Source: an uncultured virus (IMG/VR IMGVR_UViG_3300042465_006787) (taxonomy: Duplodnaviria > Heunggongvirae > Uroviricota > Caudoviricetes). From it: 20,000 bases of DNA. Made by a program: the position numbers and the translations under genes. The DNA is taken from IMG/VR virus record IMGVR_UViG_3300042465_006787; one strand, written 5' to 3'. Under the pieces are notes generated by a model. That model was given only the letters and a program-made list of their open reading frames with translations. It was not told the DNA's origin and did no database searches. Positions 16,910-20,000 of the stretch are shown piece by piece; within the stretch, counting starts at the first letter, position 1; the number at the start of each line of letters is the position of its first letter.

Positions 16910-18000
16910 GTTAAATTAATACACACTGCGTATTCTATTAATTTACAAGTTGGCGTTTCTGGATCAGATGTATCTAAAACATATCCACTTGCGCAACTAT
17001 AATTAGTACAGAAACCTTGTCCGTATTTTGAACCAGCGCCTACGTTTTCAATAAATTGAACGGAGCCCGCCGAAGCAGCTGTTGTTACACCAGATATCGC
17101 CCTAGCTGGTAAATAATCACCAGTTGAGAATATTATATTTAAACTACTTGCTGAAGTTGCACCAGTTAATTGTGCCAATGTGTTGTCATATATTTCCGCT
17201 GCGTAATCTCCAACAGAACCAGCATTATAGTTTGATAATTCAACAATATTTGGCCCAGCGTTTAACACATATGGATAAACGTGCCAATATTTAAAGTTGT
17301 TTGACGCAGTTGTAGATCCGCCAACTGTCGTTCCACCTGCTGGTTGGTCTACTATTGTTGTTCCATTAACTTTAATCATAATCTCATTATCACCAGCAAT
17401 GCCTATATAATAAACCTTGGTTGTTGCAACATTTATTGTTGTACAAAAACTAAGTGTGCCAACATAATTTGGGTTTCCACTAACCCAAACTCCGTTATAA
17501 TTCATTCTATTAGCCCAGAATAATTCACTAACTGTCATACTAGCGTTAGTTCCAAAATAGCTACCGTTATATGCGTAATTACCACTAGTTGAACTACCAT
17601 TTAAATTGAAATCACTAACATTGTATATCAAAACACCAAAATCGCCATAAGCACCGTTAGCGGCGCCAGTTCCTGGTTGTTTTGTGTCTACTGACGTTGC
17701 ACTTGTTATTGTTACTTTATAACAACCTAAACCATCATTTGTCACCGTATATCCCTCATCACACAAGCAAACAGGTCCACTATCAAATGTATATGGTCCA
17801 ACACTATTATTACAAGTACCCGAACTAGTTAAAGTAATACCAGTATATATCCCCATATCAATATCATATACTTGACCGGTTGATAGGTCGTTATACGATT
17901 GAGTAGAAAATAATAAAGCGTTCCCAGGTGTGCCAATTATATCAAAAGGCCCACTATTTGTGGAAGATCCAGCCGCTAATGTTATTGTTACGTATGCCAT
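16906..18000 (-). CDS. Putative virion protein with PA14-like carbohydrate-binding domain flanked by CxxGY modules
   Basis: N-terminal module (SGPFDI...TSSGTC), CDEGY and CASGY motifs, and PA14-like YYIGIAGDNEIMIKVNG...LNAGPNIVEL. Confidence 0.65.
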   Translation of the reverse strand: MAYVTITLAAGSSTNSGPFDIIGTPGNALLFSTQSYNDLSTGQVYDIDMGIYTGITLTSSGTCNNSVGPYTFDSGPVCLCDEGYTVTNDGLGCYKVTITSATSVDTKQPGTGAANGAYGDFGVLIYNVSDFNLNGSSTSGNYAYNGSYFGTNASMTVSELFWANRMNYNGVWVSGNPNYVGTLSFCTTINVATTKVYYIGIAGDNEIMIKVNGTTIVDQPAGGTTVGGSTTASNNFKYWHVYPYVLNAGPNIVELSNYNAGSVGDYAAEIYDNTLAQLTGATSASSLNIIFSTGDYLPARAISGVTTAASAGSVQFIENVGAGSKYGQGFCTNYSCASGYVLDTSDPETPTCKLIEYAVCINLT

Positions 18001-18010
18001 ATTTGTCTAC

Positions 18011-18018
18011 TATAAATA
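18011..18018 (-). promoter_or_regulatory. TATTTATA putative late-promoter motif
   Basis: 10 nt upstream of ATG 18000. Confidence 0.6.
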
Positions 18019-18046
18019 TACTATTATTTCAAATTATTCTAAAGGT

Positions 18047-19969
18047 TTAGCATCCAAAACAACTATTTAATGCAACTAATCCAATTATGTAGTTTTGTGA
18101 ACCGTTTGATGCTGGGTTTACGTCCATAATCCAAGCATCGGTTATGATTTCATAATTTTGTAAAGCTGGTCCATTTACAGTACTAGCACAAAAATAACCA
18201 TTAAGTATTGTTATAGTATGCGCGGTATCAGTACCTAAATCACCAATTATTCTCACATCAACGGTAACATTTGTGTTCACCGAAACATCGGAATTTACTT
18301 GTACCGTTGTACTATTATTACCACCAGCCATTACACAAGCACTAATTACAACATCTGTTGCGTTTGGATTACACTCAATACATCCAACTGGTGGTGTTGA
18401 GTAATATTCACAACCGTATCCACAGTTGTAATAACCTAGATAAGCTGTTGTTGTTGGTGTAGGTGTTGGCGTTGACGTTAAGGTTAACGTTGGCGTATTA
18501 GTAGGTGTTGATGTTAACGTAGGTGTGTTTGTCGCTGTTAATGTAGGTGTACTTGTTGATGTTTGTGTAGGCGTGTTTGTTGCGGTTAATGTAGGTGTGT
18601 TTGTTGATGTTTGTGTTGGTGTGTTAGTAGGCGTTGATGTTAACGTAGGTGTATTAGTTGCAGTTAATGTAGGTGTACTTGTTGCAGTTAATGTTGGTGT
18701 ATTAGTTGCGGTTAATGTAGGTGTACTTGTTGCAGTTAATGTTGGTGTCGGAGTTGGTGTAGGTGTGTTAACAACATATTGAATTGCGAAATTACAGTCA
18801 ATAGTTGGTGTATTAGTAGGTGTACTAGTTAAAGTTTGTGTTGGTGTGTTAGTAGGTGTTGATGTTAATGTAGGCGTGTTTGTCAACGTTAACGTAGGTG
18901 TATTAGTTGATGTTAATGTTGGTGTATTAGTTGCAGTTAATGTAGGTGTACTAGTTAAAGTTTGAGTAGGTGTATTAGTATTAGTAGGTGTTAATGTTGG
19001 TGTAGCTGTTAAAGTTTGTGTCGGAGTTGGTGTAGGTGTGTTAACAACATATTGAATTGCGAAATTACAGTCAATAGTTGGTGTATTAGTAGGTGTACTA
19101 GTTAAAGTTAATGTTGGTGTGTTTGTTGGTGTTTCCGTAGGTGTTAACGTAGGTGTTAGCGTAGGTGTTAATGTTGGTGTATTAGTTGCGGTTAATGTAG
19201 GTGTGTTTGTAGGTGTGTTTGTTGGTGTTTCCGTAGGTGTACTTGTCAACGTTAATGTAGGTGTATTCGTAGGTGTTAACGTTGGTGTCGGAGTTGGTGT
19301 TGGTGTTGCAGTATTAACAACGTATTGAATTGCAAAATTACAATCAATAGTTGGGGTATTAGTAGGTGTGCTTGTCAACGTTAATGTAGGCGTATTCGTA
19401 GGTGTTTCAGTCGGGGTTAACGTAGGTGTTTCAGTAGGTGTTGATGTTGGCGTCTCTGTAGGTGTGCTTGTCAACGTTAATGTAGGCGTATTCGTAGGTG
19501 TTAATGTAGGTGTAGGTGTAGGTGTTGGTGTTGCAGTATTAACAACGTATTGAATGCTAAAGTCACAATCAATTGTTGCTGTAGGTGTTAACGTAGGTGT
19601 GTTTGTCGGTGTTTCTGTTAATGTAGGTGTAGGTGTCGCTGTCGGTGTTTCTGTTAATGTTGGTGTAGGTGTTGCTGTTGGGGTCTCTGTAGGTGTATTA
19701 GTTGGTGTTTGTGTTGGGATTGGTGTAGGTAAAATATAAGTAATGTCCGAATTACAACTATCGTTATATAAAATTATTGTTGTAATAGAATCTGGCATCG
19801 ACACTAAAACTCCTGGACTAGTCGTTAAATCACTATATGATAAATTCGTAGCAGGATTACTATTTGAAAATAAAGTTGCAATATTAGAAACATTTACACT
19901 ATCATAATATACCGTATACGGTCCTTGTGAAGTGCCTCCTGTTATTAATATGTGATATTTTTTTGCCAT
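18047..19969 (-). CDS. Mucin-like Thr-x repeat putative virion protein
   Basis: N-terminal module (QGPYTV...DSC), a >400-aa T-x tract interrupted by four IDC(N/D)F(A/S)IQYVVN blocks, and a Cys-rich C-terminal region. Confidence 0.8.
   Translation of the reverse strand: MAKKYHILITGGTSQGPYTVYYDSVNVSNIATLFSNSNPATNLSYSDLTTSPGVLVSMPDSITTIILYNDSCNSDITYILPTPIPTQTPTNTPTETPTATPTPTLTETPTATPTPTLTETPTNTPTLTPTATIDCDFSIQYVVNTATPTPTPTPTLTPTNTPTLTLTSTPTETPTSTPTETPTLTPTETPTNTPTLTLTSTPTNTPTIDCNFAIQYVVNTATPTPTPTPTLTPTNTPTLTLTSTPTETPTNTPTNTPTLTATNTPTLTPTLTPTLTPTETPTNTPTLTLTSTPTNTPTIDCNFAIQYVVNTPTPTPTQTLTATPTLTPTNTNTPTQTLTSTPTLTATNTPTLTSTNTPTLTLTNTPTLTSTPTNTPTQTLTSTPTNTPTIDCNFAIQYVVNTPTPTPTPTLTATSTPTLTATNTPTLTATSTPTLTATNTPTLTSTPTNTPTQTSTNTPTLTATNTPTQTSTSTPTLTATNTPTLTSTPTNTPTLTLTSTPTPTPTTTAYLGYYNCGYGCEYYSTPPVGCIECNPNATDVVISACVMAGGNNSTTVQVNSDVSVNTNVTVDVRIIGDLGTDTAHTITILNGYFCASTVNGPALQNYEIITDAWIMDVNPASNGSQNYIIGLVALNSCFGC
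18745..19109. repeat. Exact 92-bp direct repeat (18745-18836 = 19018-19109) within the coding tandem-repeat region
   Basis: Direct comparison of the two segments, offset 273 nt. Confidence 0.9.
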
Positions 19970-19982
19970 TTTTTATTCTATA

Positions 19983-20000
19983 TTAAGGACATATGTTTTG
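19983..20000 (-). CDS. 3' end of an upstream gene (...QNICP*), probably another member of the array
   Basis: CAA AAC ATA TGT CCT TAA. It ends in a near-terminal Cys like its neighbours, 13 nt before ATG 19969. Confidence 0.5.
   Translation of the reverse strand, partial: QNICP

Noticed and set aside
18445..19730. CRISPR array
   Set aside because: The repeats are in-frame coding units with synonymous variation and low-complexity 225-273-nt periods, not repeats with unique spacers.
18525..19739. Plus-strand Val/Gly-rich ORFs
   Set aside because: They are antisense shadows of the Thr/Pro codon repeats.
1..20000. Stop-codon reassignment, introns or inteins
   Set aside because: Genes are intact and tightly packed in code 11, TAG ends clpP at its expected C-terminus, and no intein or homing-endonuclease motifs were seen.

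Overview
AT-rich, gene-dense segment, almost entirely on the minus strand, that reads as a large tailed (jumbo-type) bacteriophage genome in the standard genetic code. The host is probably a Bacteroidota species, judged from TAnnTTTG-like promoters, scarce Shine-Dalgarno sites, D(S/T)x sequons and a Gln after a signal peptide. From left to right: three membrane/secreted proteins (possible lysis/spanin cassette); a zinc-ribbon protein whose transcript appears closed by 5'-3' pairing and carries a structured leader; ClpP; a plus-strand DEDDh exonuclease; a recombination/replication block (SbcC/gp46-like ATPase, DHH-like protein, SbcD/gp47-like nuclease, PD-(D/E)XK nuclease, primase, RuvC-like resolvase) with a candidate small RNA; a 700-aa baseplate/fibre-anchor-like protein; and an array of at least six Cys- and Thr/Pro-rich modular putative virion proteins. 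All product calls come from motif reading only, with no database searches.
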